Made by a program: the position numbers and the translations under genes. The notes under the pieces are model-generated. The model was not told the DNA's origin, made no database searches, and worked only from the letters and a program-made list of their open reading frames with translations. This document shows positions 1 through 9,865 of a DNA stretch of 63,240 nt, one piece after another. The stretch is from a virus (taxonomy: Duplodnaviria > Caudoviricetes): IMG/VR virus record IMGVR_UViG_3300025144_000001, positions 1 through 63,240 of that record; one strand, 5' to 3'. The first letter of the stretch is position 1, and each line of letters starts with the position of its first letter.

Positions 1-121
1 ACCCCACACACCCCATACACCCCATCCACCGTTAGCTTGTCGTGGTGTGTTGTGGTTGGTGTTATGGCATCGTAATGTTTATTTATGACTATGATTATTA
101 TGATAGTGGTGGTTTTTAGGG

Positions 122-223
122 TTGGAGCGGTTGCGTTGCGTGAAGTGCGGGTATGAGTGGTTGCCACGTGTTGTGGAGCCTCGGGAATGTCCGAACTGTA
201 AGAGTCGGCGGTGGAAGGGATGA
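122..223 (+). CDS. Small zinc-ribbon protein (33 aa)
   Basis: Manual translation MERLRCVKCGYEWLPRVVEPRECPNCKSRRWKG. Two CxxC motifs; its stop overlaps the next ATG (ATGA). Confidence 0.7.
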   Translation: MERLRCVKCGYEWLPRVVEPRECPNCKSRRWKG

Positions 224-525
224 GTGTTTGCGCGAAGTGTGGCATTACCAATGAAAATTTGGTTAAGCATCATTTGGATTACACGAATAATGTTACGGAG
301 TTGTTGTGTCGATCATGTCATAGGAAACTCCATGTTAAGTTGAGGAAGAATGGAACGCGAATTTCGGGAGCAAAGGTCGTGATTGGAAGTATGAGGACGA
401 CTGTGGTTTTGCCGGATGAGTTGTGGGCGTGGTTGAAGAAACGTGCGATTGACGAGAAACGGGATTTGAATGACGTGATTGTGGAGGGTTTGGAGATTTT
501 TCGGTCGGGGGCTTCACCAGCATAG
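220..525 (+). CDS. HNH-like zinc domain fused to ribbon-helix-helix DNA-binding domain
   Basis: CAKCG...HHLDY...LCRSCH followed by RTTVVLPDELWAWLKKRA...LNDVIVEGL. Confidence 0.7.
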   Translation: MSVCAKCGITNENLVKHHLDYTNNVTELLCRSCHRKLHVKLRKNGTRISGAKVVIGSMRTTVVLPDELWAWLKKRAIDEKRDLNDVIVEGLEIFRSGASPA

Positions 526-705
526 GTGATTGCGGTTGGTGAAGAAGATGAAGGGGGCGGATGCGAAATGATGGGGATTTGTTCGGAATGTTGGTATATG
601 ACAACGAGAGGGAAACTGAAGCCAAAGGTTTTTAACTTTGAGATTGTGAACAAAGATGAATGTGAATGTTGCAAGACACATGGAATAATTGTAGTAGAGG
701 TTTAG
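526..705 (+). CDS. Small Cys-rich hypothetical protein
   Basis: Manual ORF with CSEC and CECC; start uncertain (GTG 526 or ATG 568). Confidence 0.4.
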   Translation: MIAVGEEDEGGGCEMMGICSECWYMTTRGKLKPKVFNFEIVNKDECECCKTHGIIVVEV

Positions 706-851
706 GGCTTCCGCTGTGGAAGGTGGTGCTTGAATGCGGAAAAGACGATGGGAGAACTTGAACCCGAGTCTCAGTTCAAGCGTTATCATTCACTAAACGC
801 AAATGACTTTGAAGTAACGGTTACGCAACTATTTAAATCGCACTCTGAAAT

Positions 852-1142
852 TTAGTATCGTCCGCCACCTGGAACGCGAACCCAATCACCCGCTCCGCCA
901 CGAGTACCTCCGGTTCCTGTGAGTCCACGTTCAATTTTACTCGGAGCTAAACCCTCTGCAAATTGCTTTTCAGCAGTTTTGACGGGTCCACCTGATGCCA
1001 TTCTACTTTGAGCTGCCGCTTTGATTTGTGTGGTTATGTTGTCGCGGGAGACGGGTGTTTTTACGCCGAAGTATGTGGTCGTGGCTTTTTTCTGGGTGCG
1101 GTTTAGTACATCGGTTAGTTTCCACGGGTTTGCCACAATCAT
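852..1142 (-). CDS. Hypothetical protein at the end of the tail module
   Basis: Coupled to the upstream ORF; no recognisable motif. Confidence 0.55.
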   Translation of the reverse strand: MIVANPWKLTDVLNRTQKKATTTYFGVKTPVSRDNITTQIKAAAQSRMASGGPVKTAEKQFAEGLAPSKIERGLTGTGGTRGGAGDWVRVPGGGRY

Positions 1143-1345
1143 TGTATGATCGCCTTGTGACGCGGCAGGAAATCGTTTAGTTTCGCTATTTCTTCAACCG
1201 TTAATGTTTCATTGAATTCGAGTTCGAAGCGGTAGTCAATGTCTTCCTCAACTATGTTGACGGCTATGGGGGTTTTGTTGATTGCGCGTTGACAAAACTT
1301 CGTAACCATTTCCGCGGTTATCCGCTTCACAAAAACTATTTTCAT
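1139..1345 (-). CDS. Hypothetical protein
   Basis: GGTGA SD; coupled start/stop. Confidence 0.6.
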   Translation of the reverse strand: MKIVFVKRITAEMVTKFCQRAINKTPIAVNIVEEDIDYRFELEFNETLTVEEIAKLNDFLPRHKAIIQ

Positions 1346-1467
1346 GTTTTTTTCACCACTTCAATATGTTTGTAGTCGATTATGAGTTGGGGGATTATGT
1401 GGGCGAGGCAGATGGGGTTTTCGCATTTGTCGCCGTTGAGTGGATACCAGCAGAATGGGCATTGCAT
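1342..1467 (-). CDS. Small zinc-finger protein (41 aa)
   Basis: Manual translation MQCPFCWYPLNGDKCENPICLAH...; AGGTGA SD. Confidence 0.55.
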   Translation of the reverse strand: MQCPFCWYPLNGDKCENPICLAHIIPQLIIDYKHIEVVKKT

Positions 1468-1481
1468 TTGTTTTTTCACCT

Positions 1482-3989
1482 TTAGATGTTCGATAAGAAT
1501 AGGATTGTGTATGCGCCGCTTGAGCTGAAATCGTGGACGACTTGGAGTATTTTAAGGTTTTTGAAGCCGAATGTTTCGTCGAGTAGCGGGATTTGTTGGC
1601 CGGGGTGTGCGGCTAACTGTAGCGGTATGATGATGCGGGTTGGGTATGTGAGGTTTGCTTCTTCACGTAATGCTGTGTCGCCGATGTCGGTGGCTTCCGT
1701 GCTTGAGCTAGTCCAATCGGTGTAGTCGCGGGTGTCGGGGCAGATTCCCCATGTTTCGGCTTGCGAGGTTGTGTCGTTGCGGGTGACGTTGCCGCCGCTG
1801 TAAAGTATGGTGATTTTATTCATTATGTCGCGGGCTGATTCGCTTAGTTGGAATTCGAGGCTTCGGTTCACGGTTACGGTTAAGTCGCTTGGATCGTTTT
1901 CCTCCTGATAAATGCGTAAGTTCGGTCTTCCCTCACCTGCGTCGATGCCTTCGTCCACCCGCCAACGCCAAGTCGCCGTAGCCGTGGATGCAATCCGCAT
2001 CAAACGCGTCCATGCAACCACAATCTTAATCCAATAGTTGCCGCTGTAAAGCGGTGTGCTTTTGCCAGTGTTTTGAATGTAGCGGGTTTGCGTTTCAATT
2101 TCGCTAACATAGGTGTCGCATAAACTATCTGCCGTGGTACTGCATTCTTGACTTGAGAAGTTTAACTGTGCACCGCGAAGAAGCGCGTAACCGCCGTAAT
2201 TGATGCCGACCACTTGAAGCTGACGGCTACCCGCGCGGTCTTTCGTGAAGTTGCGTTCAAGCACGATTCCGCGAATCCCCAACTCGAAGCGCCCGTCATT
2301 TTCAACCCAAACACGTATCTGGTCGAGTATGTTGAGGCGGTTATACTGTAAGCCATAGGGGTCAGGGAGGGTGAATGTGAATGTGGGGATGCCTAAGCCG
2401 CGGGTTTCGCTGATTTGAAGGCTTGTTGGATGCCAGTGAAAAAGCTGTGGCGGTTCATTGTCACGGAATGCTGATGTGAAATTGTAGGTTGCCCATGATG
2501 CACCGCTTATGGTTCCTGTGAAAGCGTTTGTGCTTTTGTCGGCGGTTGAGGTGCCTGTGCCTTCGCTGAACGGAAGCCAAAGTTGAAGGTTAGCGTTACT
2601 ACCGAATGTTTTAGCGTAATGCTGCGCGACTTCGGTTGTGGATAAGATGCGGCTGTAAATGCGAGGTTCATCCATTAAACCGTCGAACTGTTGGGTGGGT
2701 GAGTCGGTGTGAATTAAACCAATCAGCAACGCGTAATTGTTTTGGATTGGAGCGTCATTACCTGTACCAGTTGTCCATGACCCTGTAAGTGGTGTAGTGT
2801 TTCCGTTTAGGTAAATCGCGATACTTGCGCCTGTGCCGAAAGTATATGTGACAATGACATGATACGGCGTGTTAGCGGTCATGTTTGCGGTTGAGGTTGT
2901 GTAAATATGCCAAGCCGTGTCTGCGCTGTTACGGTAGCCAAACTCAAACTCATCATTTACCACACCAAGATAATAGTTGCAGCTATTTGTGTTGGCTACG
3001 TTAGGACGACCTTTAGCGAGCATACATTTTGAAGTATTCACGCTATACGGGTAAATCCATGCTTCAATGCTTATGTTTGATGCGTTTGCGAAGTCGAGTG
3101 CCGCGTTGTCGGGTACACTTACATAGTCGTTGGTGCCGTCGAAGTCCAAGCACCGGTTCAGCCTTATGCGGCTGTTCGTCATTTGTTCGACGCATATTTG
3201 CGGGCGGGTGTAGACGCTTTGGGTGCGTTTGCGGGGAGTCGGTACGTGTACGGTTACGCTTACCGTTGTGGGGGCTGTTGAATACTGCGTGTAAACAGAT
3301 GACGCGTGATTGTGCGTACGAACACGATACTGATAAGTGTTCCCCGGCGATACGCTGGTGTCCAAGTAACTTGTAACGTTTGCGTTTCGCGTAGTAATTT
3401 CAGTCCATGCGCCACCATTCGTGCTACGCTCAACGTGAAAGTCATCTTCATTGTCGGCTTCATCCGTCCACGAAACATTAATCGCGTTACCGCCTGACGC
3501 TTGATTCTGACAGTTCGACGGCGCATACAAAACAGTCGCATAAATACTGCAATCATACGCCATCCAATCGTCAACAGTTCCAAAAGGATCGCTTAAAGGA
3601 AGCGGGTCAGGACTAGTTCGGGCACGTCCCGTTTGATTGGTTGCGCCCGAATCATATTTTATTTGACCGTATCCACCTGTGATATGGATGATTAGCCATA
3701 AGGTTTGTGCTGAAACTTGTAAACCGCCACTATAACTATATGTGTACCAAGCCCATGTTGTTGTTACTGTTTGACCTGAACCTTGCCCAAGCAATGTGGC
3801 TGGTGAACCTGATGAATCAGCGTAGTAACCTGATGTATGCGTATCGTTTATACTAGCGTTTTCATATGCAGAGAGAGAGATGATTGCGCCACTTTTTGGC
3901 ATGGTGACTTTGCAGGCTAACTTACTGTTCGCCCAGCCAGCCCAATTGTAAGTTGAAGCACCGATCGTTGTTTTTCCAATCGTCGCCAT
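1482..3989 (-). CDS. Tail adhesin/hub protein with fibronectin type III and LamG/concanavalin-like lectin domains
   Basis: Fn3 (APSN...VSWTD...YQYRVR), LamG (LDFDGTNDYV...SIEAWI...FDGLMDEPRIYSRILS) and a C-terminal tail-hub-like region; lies downstream of the tape measure gene. Confidence 0.8.
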   Translation of the reverse strand: MATIGKTTIGASTYNWAGWANSKLACKVTMPKSGAIISLSAYENASINDTHTSGYYADSSGSPATLLGQGSGQTVTTTWAWYTYSYSGGLQVSAQTLWLIIHITGGYGQIKYDSGATNQTGRARTSPDPLPLSDPFGTVDDWMAYDCSIYATVLYAPSNCQNQASGGNAINVSWTDEADNEDDFHVERSTNGGAWTEITTRNANVTSYLDTSVSPGNTYQYRVRTHNHASSVYTQYSTAPTTVSVTVHVPTPRKRTQSVYTRPQICVEQMTNSRIRLNRCLDFDGTNDYVSVPDNAALDFANASNISIEAWIYPYSVNTSKCMLAKGRPNVANTNSCNYYLGVVNDEFEFGYRNSADTAWHIYTTSTANMTANTPYHVIVTYTFGTGASIAIYLNGNTTPLTGSWTTGTGNDAPIQNNYALLIGLIHTDSPTQQFDGLMDEPRIYSRILSTTEVAQHYAKTFGSNANLQLWLPFSEGTGTSTADKSTNAFTGTISGASWATYNFTSAFRDNEPPQLFHWHPTSLQISETRGLGIPTFTFTLPDPYGLQYNRLNILDQIRVWVENDGRFELGIRGIVLERNFTKDRAGSRQLQVVGINYGGYALLRGAQLNFSSQECSTTADSLCDTYVSEIETQTRYIQNTGKSTPLYSGNYWIKIVVAWTRLMRIASTATATWRWRVDEGIDAGEGRPNLRIYQEENDPSDLTVTVNRSLEFQLSESARDIMNKITILYSGGNVTRNDTTSQAETWGICPDTRDYTDWTSSSTEATDIGDTALREEANLTYPTRIIIPLQLAAHPGQQIPLLDETFGFKNLKILQVVHDFSSSGAYTILFLSNI

Positions 3990-3993
3990 ATGT

Positions 3994-5400
3994 TTACCAG
4001 CTTGTGCGTCTCAATGTTTCGCTGAAACTGCGGATTTGCTTCACAGCTTCCGCGCCGATTTGCGCGGGTGTTCGGCTGCCGCCGCCTTGCGCGTAACGGT
4101 ATGCGAAAAGCCAAACGCCGTTTGTCATGTTGCTCGGGGTCCACGTTAAAGTGTCGAATTTGCAGCCACCCCAATCCCAGAAGTTTCCCGCGTCGTCTCC
4201 ATAGTGGTCGCAGTTCGTCTTAACGGTTCGCGCGAAACCCATAATGTCGGTTGATGCGGCAATCGGTGAAGCCGTGTTGAAATACGCCACATTATCGAGG
4301 TCCGTGTCCCCCGCTTGCGCCTCCACACCATATGTACCCGCTTGCGCATCACGTTCCGTACCGTTGCGATTCCAGTAGCGCGGCGCAAAATTACTTGTGT
4401 TAAAAATGAATAAGTATTCCACCTGCGAAAGCTGCACGCCGTAATTATATGCTTGAAGCCAAATCCACGGTTTCCCACGCCACAACTCGTAATACAACGC
4501 AACACAATAACTGTTCGTTGTGCTTGACGGATACACAAGCCGCCCGAAAACATGATCTGACGCGCGGTACGGTGGACCCATCGGAATCTCTGGTCCCTCA
4601 CCGTAACTCGGCACAAGATCGTCAAGCGTTTCCTCGCTTCCGCCGCTGCTTTTAACGCGGAGTTGAAGTCTTCCCCAATTTACCCATGCGCTACCGTTGT
4701 AACCATCAATGTCAACGTGACCCTTGTATGTTGCCTCGTCATGGCGTGTCCGCAACTTAATTGTTTGGTTGTGAACCACAAGTTCCTTCGTATGCGTGGA
4801 ATCATATGCAACATTGATTTTCCCTAATCCCATATTCGATTCATCGCAGTCAAACCAAATCTCCGTGCGTTCAGGCGCAAGCACACATGGAATTGTACCG
4901 TCCGCGCCTACGCGGTTGAAATCCACCGTCTCACTCACATTTGATCCGCCAACACTCGTCGGCACAACAATGTCCCCCGTAATATTCCAATCGTTTTCAA
5001 GCCACTTCCAATCATACGCAATCTCACGCTTCCACTCATCCCGCTCCCCAATAATCAACGCCGTAAAACGGTACGGGTAGTATTGAGTGTAACCGCCGCG
5101 TTCACTAAACGTAAGCGGATTCATCAAAACGCCGTAACTGTTCTCGCGGATACCTGAAGGCGGATCAATCTCAATAATCCTGTTTCGACGCCATTCGCTT
5201 CGAAGCGAACCCGCATCCGTAGCCGCATTCGCACCCGTCAACGCCCCGCTGAAAACCCAAACCTCCGGTCCCTCATCCAAATCCTCCACAACGAAACCCG
5301 CACCCGCAAACTTTTCAACGCTTATATCTTTCGATGACTCAATCCGAAAATCACTCGGATTAATAGTGAAGGTGTACTGCCCAACTCGGACACTGCTCAA
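3994..5400 (-). CDS. Distal tail (Dit-like)/minor tail protein
   Basis: Immediately follows the tape measure gene; N-terminal FTINPSDF...V.LSG-type pattern. Confidence 0.6.
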   Translation of the reverse strand: MSSVRVGQYTFTINPSDFRIESSKDISVEKFAGAGFVVEDLDEGPEVWVFSGALTGANAATDAGSLRSEWRRNRIIEIDPPSGIRENSYGVLMNPLTFSERGGYTQYYPYRFTALIIGERDEWKREIAYDWKWLENDWNITGDIVVPTSVGGSNVSETVDFNRVGADGTIPCVLAPERTEIWFDCDESNMGLGKINVAYDSTHTKELVVHNQTIKLRTRHDEATYKGHVDIDGYNGSAWVNWGRLQLRVKSSGGSEETLDDLVPSYGEGPEIPMGPPYRASDHVFGRLVYPSSTTNSYCVALYYELWRGKPWIWLQAYNYGVQLSQVEYLFIFNTSNFAPRYWNRNGTERDAQAGTYGVEAQAGDTDLDNVAYFNTASPIAASTDIMGFARTVKTNCDHYGDDAGNFWDWGGCKFDTLTWTPSNMTNGVWLFAYRYAQGGGSRTPAQIGAEAVKQIRSFSETLRRTSW

Positions 5401-5460
5401 TACTCAATCACCTTTAACGAAAAATATCAAAAACCGTAACTAACCGCACAAAAACTATAA

Positions 5461-8415
5461 TTAGCTGCCAAGCGATTCAGTGTAAATCCAACGGGAAATC
5501 TCCACGCCGATAATCTTCACCAACTGCGCTAACTGTTCGCTCGGCATATTTCGCATAAACTCAAGGAAAGACGAATATGAGAAAGCCCATTTCTCCAATC
5601 CTTCGCGTCCTTCAGGGAAAATGTCTGGAATCACTGATTCTAATGCTTCGGCTCTGCTTGGGAGGTATGCGTAGCCCGGATAGCCTGATAATACTTGCCA
5701 AAGCCGATAGCGTGGAACCCATGTTTCCTTCACTTGTGTCCATGTGCCGCGTGGCCGCCGATATCCTGTTCTCACATTGCCCCCCACACCTGCTCCTCCT
5801 CCTCTTCCTTCTCCTCTACTTCCTCTTCCACCGAATACGCGGCTTTCATATTCTTCACGCGTTTCAGTTTGCGGTGGACCCTCCGTCCATGTCTTCGTAA
5901 CTGGATTCCAATACTCCGTAATCAAGTAACCCTCCTCCGTCCGCGTCCTCACTGGTTCAGGCGGTAAGTCCACATATTCACCGATTGCAGTCGCACTTTC
6001 CTCCGGCGTCAACGAGTACGGTAGCCATGCGGGAACGTTGCCGCGGAAGCCCGATGGCACAATTCCCTGCCACGGGTCATAGCCTAAACCTAAAGCTTCA
6101 CGCATCTGTCCGTAGGTGCCGTAAGCATAATATTGTTCCGTATACCATTCCTCGAAACGTCTCGGTGGCAATTGCGCTTGCGTGTACGCCCGCATTTCCT
6201 CGTATGTTGGTCGCGGGATCCATCCGCCTTCACGGAACCTCGGCATCATTCGCCACGCACGCCAAGCCGCTGACACATCTACGCCGAACTGCTCCCATGC
6301 CTGTCCGTACAAGCCTCTTGCACGCCTTCGCTCCGCATAAAACTCCTCACGCCACTGCCTCCCCGCTTGCCGACGCATCATCCATTGATTATACCGTTTC
6401 CAAAATTCGTATTGCTGCACTAGTTCTGGCGGCTGATATCCGTAACCCGCGTAACCGAATTGCCGTTCCATATATGTTAGTTGCGGTAAGCCACCGTAAA
6501 TTGCGCCAGTCGTAACCGCCCATCGTTGCGCGTACTGTTGTAATGCCGCCCACTCCGCACCCGTCGGTATCGCACCGTAAACTGGACCGCGTAAATATTG
6601 CTGCCGCTCCCACTGCTGTTGTTGCCACCGCTCCAAATATGACAACTGCGTTAAACCCCGACCATACATCAACGGCGCAAGCGGATCTACCGCACCCGCT
6701 CTTTCGGCTTGCCGTTGTAAAGTCCAAGCTCTTTCTTGGGGGCTAACTAGAGGACCCAATCCTCCGTAAGCTTGTGGCCATGGGAAACCCGCGGGGCCAA
6801 TTATGCCTCCGGCTGCAACATATGCTTGCGTACTAGTTGTCGGTGCCCCAGCGAATTGTCGAAGATACTCGGCGTAAAAAGGTTGGGCAACTTGCAGTCC
6901 CGCTCCTAACATCTCTAAGCCGAGGAATGTGTAAGCTATTGGGCCTGCCACTGCAGCTATGGGAGCTAATTGCGCGGCTGCACCAGCCCCCCTTCCAACT
7001 AAACTTGGAGCTAGGCGTTCAATACCCCACTCTAATCCACGTGCAGCCCAAGGTGCCGCCGCTACGCCAACATACGCACCAACCGCACCGTAGGCGGGAC
7101 CCATAAAACCAGTAACTTGTTCAGGTTGCGCACCCGCCGCTACTGCAATTTGCTGTTCAAGCCAAGTGCCACCGCGAAAACCAACCTCCCAACCAACAAA
7201 CGCACCCGCAAACCGCGCCGCACGCGCATACCATGGACGGGCTGTAGGTGCAAAAGCGGTTGGAACTTGTCGAGGTGGAATAAGTTGCTCATACGATATA
7301 TAACGTCCACCAGTTAATTCGGTTAAATATCGTCCACCAAAATTATAACTGGGAAACGCACTTGAAACTCCTAAAGGTATTACATCCGCTGTAAGCCCTA
7401 CACCTGCGAAACGTCCTCCTAACCTAGACATTACCCATGATGTTATTCGAGGCATCTGCCATTGAGCTAAAACACCTGCCCCAATCATTCCTCCACCTAA
7501 AGCCATTTGTTGGTATGCCTGCGTATACTCCGCAGCGGAAATCGGAATGCCAACGGTTTCCCGCGCAGCCAATGTTGCTAAATTCGACATAACCATTTCT
7601 AAGCCGGGTTGCATAAGCGAGATTGGACCCATCCACTGCATTGTCCGTCCAAGTCCACGCATTCCACCCCGCATTAAAGCTTGAATACCCCAGAAACCCA
7701 TCTGTCCGAAAGTCCACTCACCCAGCGAACTGACACCTATCTCCCCCCAAGTTGGAAATTGGTAAGGCCAAAACGCGGTGCTTGTCAATATGCGTTGTTG
7801 CGCCATCGGTCCCGTTTCCCAAGCTGCTTGAACATAAGGAGCCATAGCCGCAGCCGCGCCTAAACGCTGCTCCGCACCGTAAAACGGAAATCCCAATGCC
7901 CGTATAATTGCTGCTTGTGGAAAAGCGTAGGAAGCTAATTTTACGCCTCCCCAAGTTAACGCGGGACCCGTCCACTGTTGCTGAAACTGCCAGTACGCTG
8001 TTCTCGCACGTTCCGCTTCAATCTGCCCCATCCTATACGGGCTAATGTAACCGTACAAGCCCATGGTTCTTTCCGCGGCAGCAAGATCGTAAGTTAAGCC
8101 ATACCGCCCATAAGTCACATCTTGAAGTCGACCCGCATAAGTGAACTGCTCCCAACCCGCTGGTGTTGGAAGTAAGCCAGCTCGAGATGCCCGTTCATAC
8201 ATGCCGTAACCGTAAAACGGCGCTAAACCAATCGGTGTAAGCGGCATCCAAGCCATACTGCCCGCTAAACGCCTCATCTCCACTTCTTCGGGTATGTATG
8301 GAAACCGCGTTCTCCATTCTTCTCGGGCTTGCCCAGTTCGCACTAATAGTTCTTGTAGCCATTGCGGTAGGTCGCGGAAGTATTCGGGGGGTTCTTCGCG
8401 AACGGGTTCGCTCAA
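5461..8415 (-). CDS. Tape measure-like protein (984 aa)
   Basis: Long Ala/Gly-rich protein with hydrophobic segments, directly after the frameshifted tail chaperone; TTG start overlaps the chaperone extension stop. Confidence 0.7.
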   Translation of the reverse strand: MSEPVREEPPEYFRDLPQWLQELLVRTGQAREEWRTRFPYIPEEVEMRRLAGSMAWMPLTPIGLAPFYGYGMYERASRAGLLPTPAGWEQFTYAGRLQDVTYGRYGLTYDLAAAERTMGLYGYISPYRMGQIEAERARTAYWQFQQQWTGPALTWGGVKLASYAFPQAAIIRALGFPFYGAEQRLGAAAAMAPYVQAAWETGPMAQQRILTSTAFWPYQFPTWGEIGVSSLGEWTFGQMGFWGIQALMRGGMRGLGRTMQWMGPISLMQPGLEMVMSNLATLAARETVGIPISAAEYTQAYQQMALGGGMIGAGVLAQWQMPRITSWVMSRLGGRFAGVGLTADVIPLGVSSAFPSYNFGGRYLTELTGGRYISYEQLIPPRQVPTAFAPTARPWYARAARFAGAFVGWEVGFRGGTWLEQQIAVAAGAQPEQVTGFMGPAYGAVGAYVGVAAAPWAARGLEWGIERLAPSLVGRGAGAAAQLAPIAAVAGPIAYTFLGLEMLGAGLQVAQPFYAEYLRQFAGAPTTSTQAYVAAGGIIGPAGFPWPQAYGGLGPLVSPQERAWTLQRQAERAGAVDPLAPLMYGRGLTQLSYLERWQQQQWERQQYLRGPVYGAIPTGAEWAALQQYAQRWAVTTGAIYGGLPQLTYMERQFGYAGYGYQPPELVQQYEFWKRYNQWMMRRQAGRQWREEFYAERRRARGLYGQAWEQFGVDVSAAWRAWRMMPRFREGGWIPRPTYEEMRAYTQAQLPPRRFEEWYTEQYYAYGTYGQMREALGLGYDPWQGIVPSGFRGNVPAWLPYSLTPEESATAIGEYVDLPPEPVRTRTEEGYLITEYWNPVTKTWTEGPPQTETREEYESRVFGGRGSRGEGRGGGAGVGGNVRTGYRRPRGTWTQVKETWVPRYRLWQVLSGYPGYAYLPSRAEALESVIPDIFPEGREGLEKWAFSYSSFLEFMRNMPSEQLAQLVKIIGVEISRWIYTESLGS

Positions 8416-8896
8416 GTTGTTTCTCCTTTAGGTCGAATCATTTGTTTCTCAAGCTTCAACTGATTCAAAACGGTTTTCCATTCTTTGATCTCCGATTCCG
8501 TCATCTCCAAGACTTCGGGAACCGTAATGGGAATACCAATCCTGAAGGCCGTCGCCGCAATCTCTATGGCTTCGTCTCTGTCTCGGTCTTCCCTAACTTT
8601 TGTAAAAAATCGACATGTTCCTTCCGAATACGCGTCTTCGCATGAAGCGCCGCAATAACCGCGTAAAGCGACTCACCCATCTCACGAACATCCTTCTCGG
8701 ATAAATCGTGGAAATCCTTGTCGTCTCCACCTTTCACGCGGACGGTCTTCACTATCATGCGCAACTCCTCTTCGGCGGGGTCAACCCAACCGAAGGATTC
8801 ATAAAGCGCACGTCGCACTTCAATACGCTCGCCTCTTCGTGGTTCTCTGAACATGTATGTCTTTCCATCTAGCTCATGTTCCAAATTAAAGCACAC
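8412..8896 (-). CDS. Tail assembly chaperone long form (gpGT-like) made by -1 frameshift
   Basis: Slippery T-TTT-TTA at 8609-8603; the -1 frame is open to TGA at 8414-8412 and encodes ...ITVPEVLEMTESEIKEWKTVL... Confidence 0.8.
8564..8896 (-). CDS. Tail assembly chaperone (gpG-like, short form)
   Basis: Between tail tube and tape measure; real start may be TTG at 8884, after a GGAGGTG SD. Confidence 0.75.
   Translation of the reverse strand: MCFNLEHELDGKTYMFREPRRGERIEVRRALYESFGWVDPAEEELRMIVKTVRVKGGDDKDFHDLSEKDVREMGESLYAVIAALHAKTRIRKEHVDFLQKLGKTETETKP
8603..8609 (-). promoter_or_regulatory. -1 ribosomal frameshift slippery heptamer UUUUUUA
   Basis: In-frame X-XXY-YYZ pattern at the canonical G/GT position. 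Confidence 0.8.
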
Positions 8897-8930
8897 CTCC
8901 TCGGTTTGCTCATGCCTATAAAATAGGTTT

Positions 8931-9800
8931 TTATGCTAGGGTTACGTTTTTGGCGATGATGTCGTATATTTCAGCTATGTCGCCGCCGCCAACTGCATAT
9001 TCAATTACTTGGTTTTCCAAGTAGGCATCATCCCACGTGACGGTTTCACCAGTCGTTATGGTCCAAACAATGTCTTTCAACGTTGAATTCCTGAAGTAGC
9101 CGTCGTATGTCGTGCCTGTTTGCTGAATCGCTATGCGTCCACCCGCTTGATGTGGTCCCAACTTAAGCGCACCCATTGTTGCTTGTCCGCCGATCCAAAC
9201 TGGAAACGCGTTGTTGTTGACGCCTGCCATGATGAAGGCCCACTTCGGGGTGTCCGAGCCAATTGTCATGTTTGCACCTGTCATCGATGCGTGGTAACCC
9301 GTTGTTGCCGGGTCGGATGCTTCGGTTGCACCTGTTGGTGGGGATGTGTTGTATGTCGCCAGTCGTCCGATCACTTGCACGTCAGCGGTGACTAAGCCGT
9401 TTGCGCGGCAAACTATTGACGCTGTACCGATTCGGCAGCCAGTCATCGTCAAATAGTTTGTGGTTCCACCCAACGTTATCTTGCCGTACAGTGAAAACGT
9501 GGGTCCACGTGTTCCCGCAGCCGTTCCAACATTAAAGGCTTTCTTGAGGAAATTCAAGTCTTGCGGGAAATAGCTTATTCGCATTCCGCTGATTTGCTGT
9601 CCGTGCGGTACGGGGTTAGCTGCGTTGTCGCTTCCTAGAGCCCAAAACTGAGCTGGTCCAGCTCCGCTCGTCAGAGCGAAACGGGTTTCCAACCCAATCC
9701 ACAGTAACGTCGCATTCGCTGGAAAACTGTCTTCTGTGCTTTCTTCGACATACTGAAGCGCCGTAACGACATCTCGCTCACCTGTGTACGTTACACTCAT
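8931..9800 (-). CDS. Major tail tube protein
   Basis: Thr/Gly-rich beta protein (LQYVEEST...GCRIGTASI) located before the chaperone. Confidence 0.75.
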   Translation of the reverse strand: MSVTYTGERDVVTALQYVEESTEDSFPANATLLWIGLETRFALTSGAGPAQFWALGSDNAANPVPHGQQISGMRISYFPQDLNFLKKAFNVGTAAGTRGPTFSLYGKITLGGTTNYLTMTGCRIGTASIVCRANGLVTADVQVIGRLATYNTSPPTGATEASDPATTGYHASMTGANMTIGSDTPKWAFIMAGVNNNAFPVWIGGQATMGALKLGPHQAGGRIAIQQTGTTYDGYFRNSTLKDIVWTITTGETVTWDDAYLENQVIEYAVGGGDIAEIYDIIAKNVTLA

Positions 9801-9865
9801 TTTCTTTTCACTCCATTAATTTTGTCACATTGTGACTGCGAAAAATCGGGCATATACCTGAAAAA

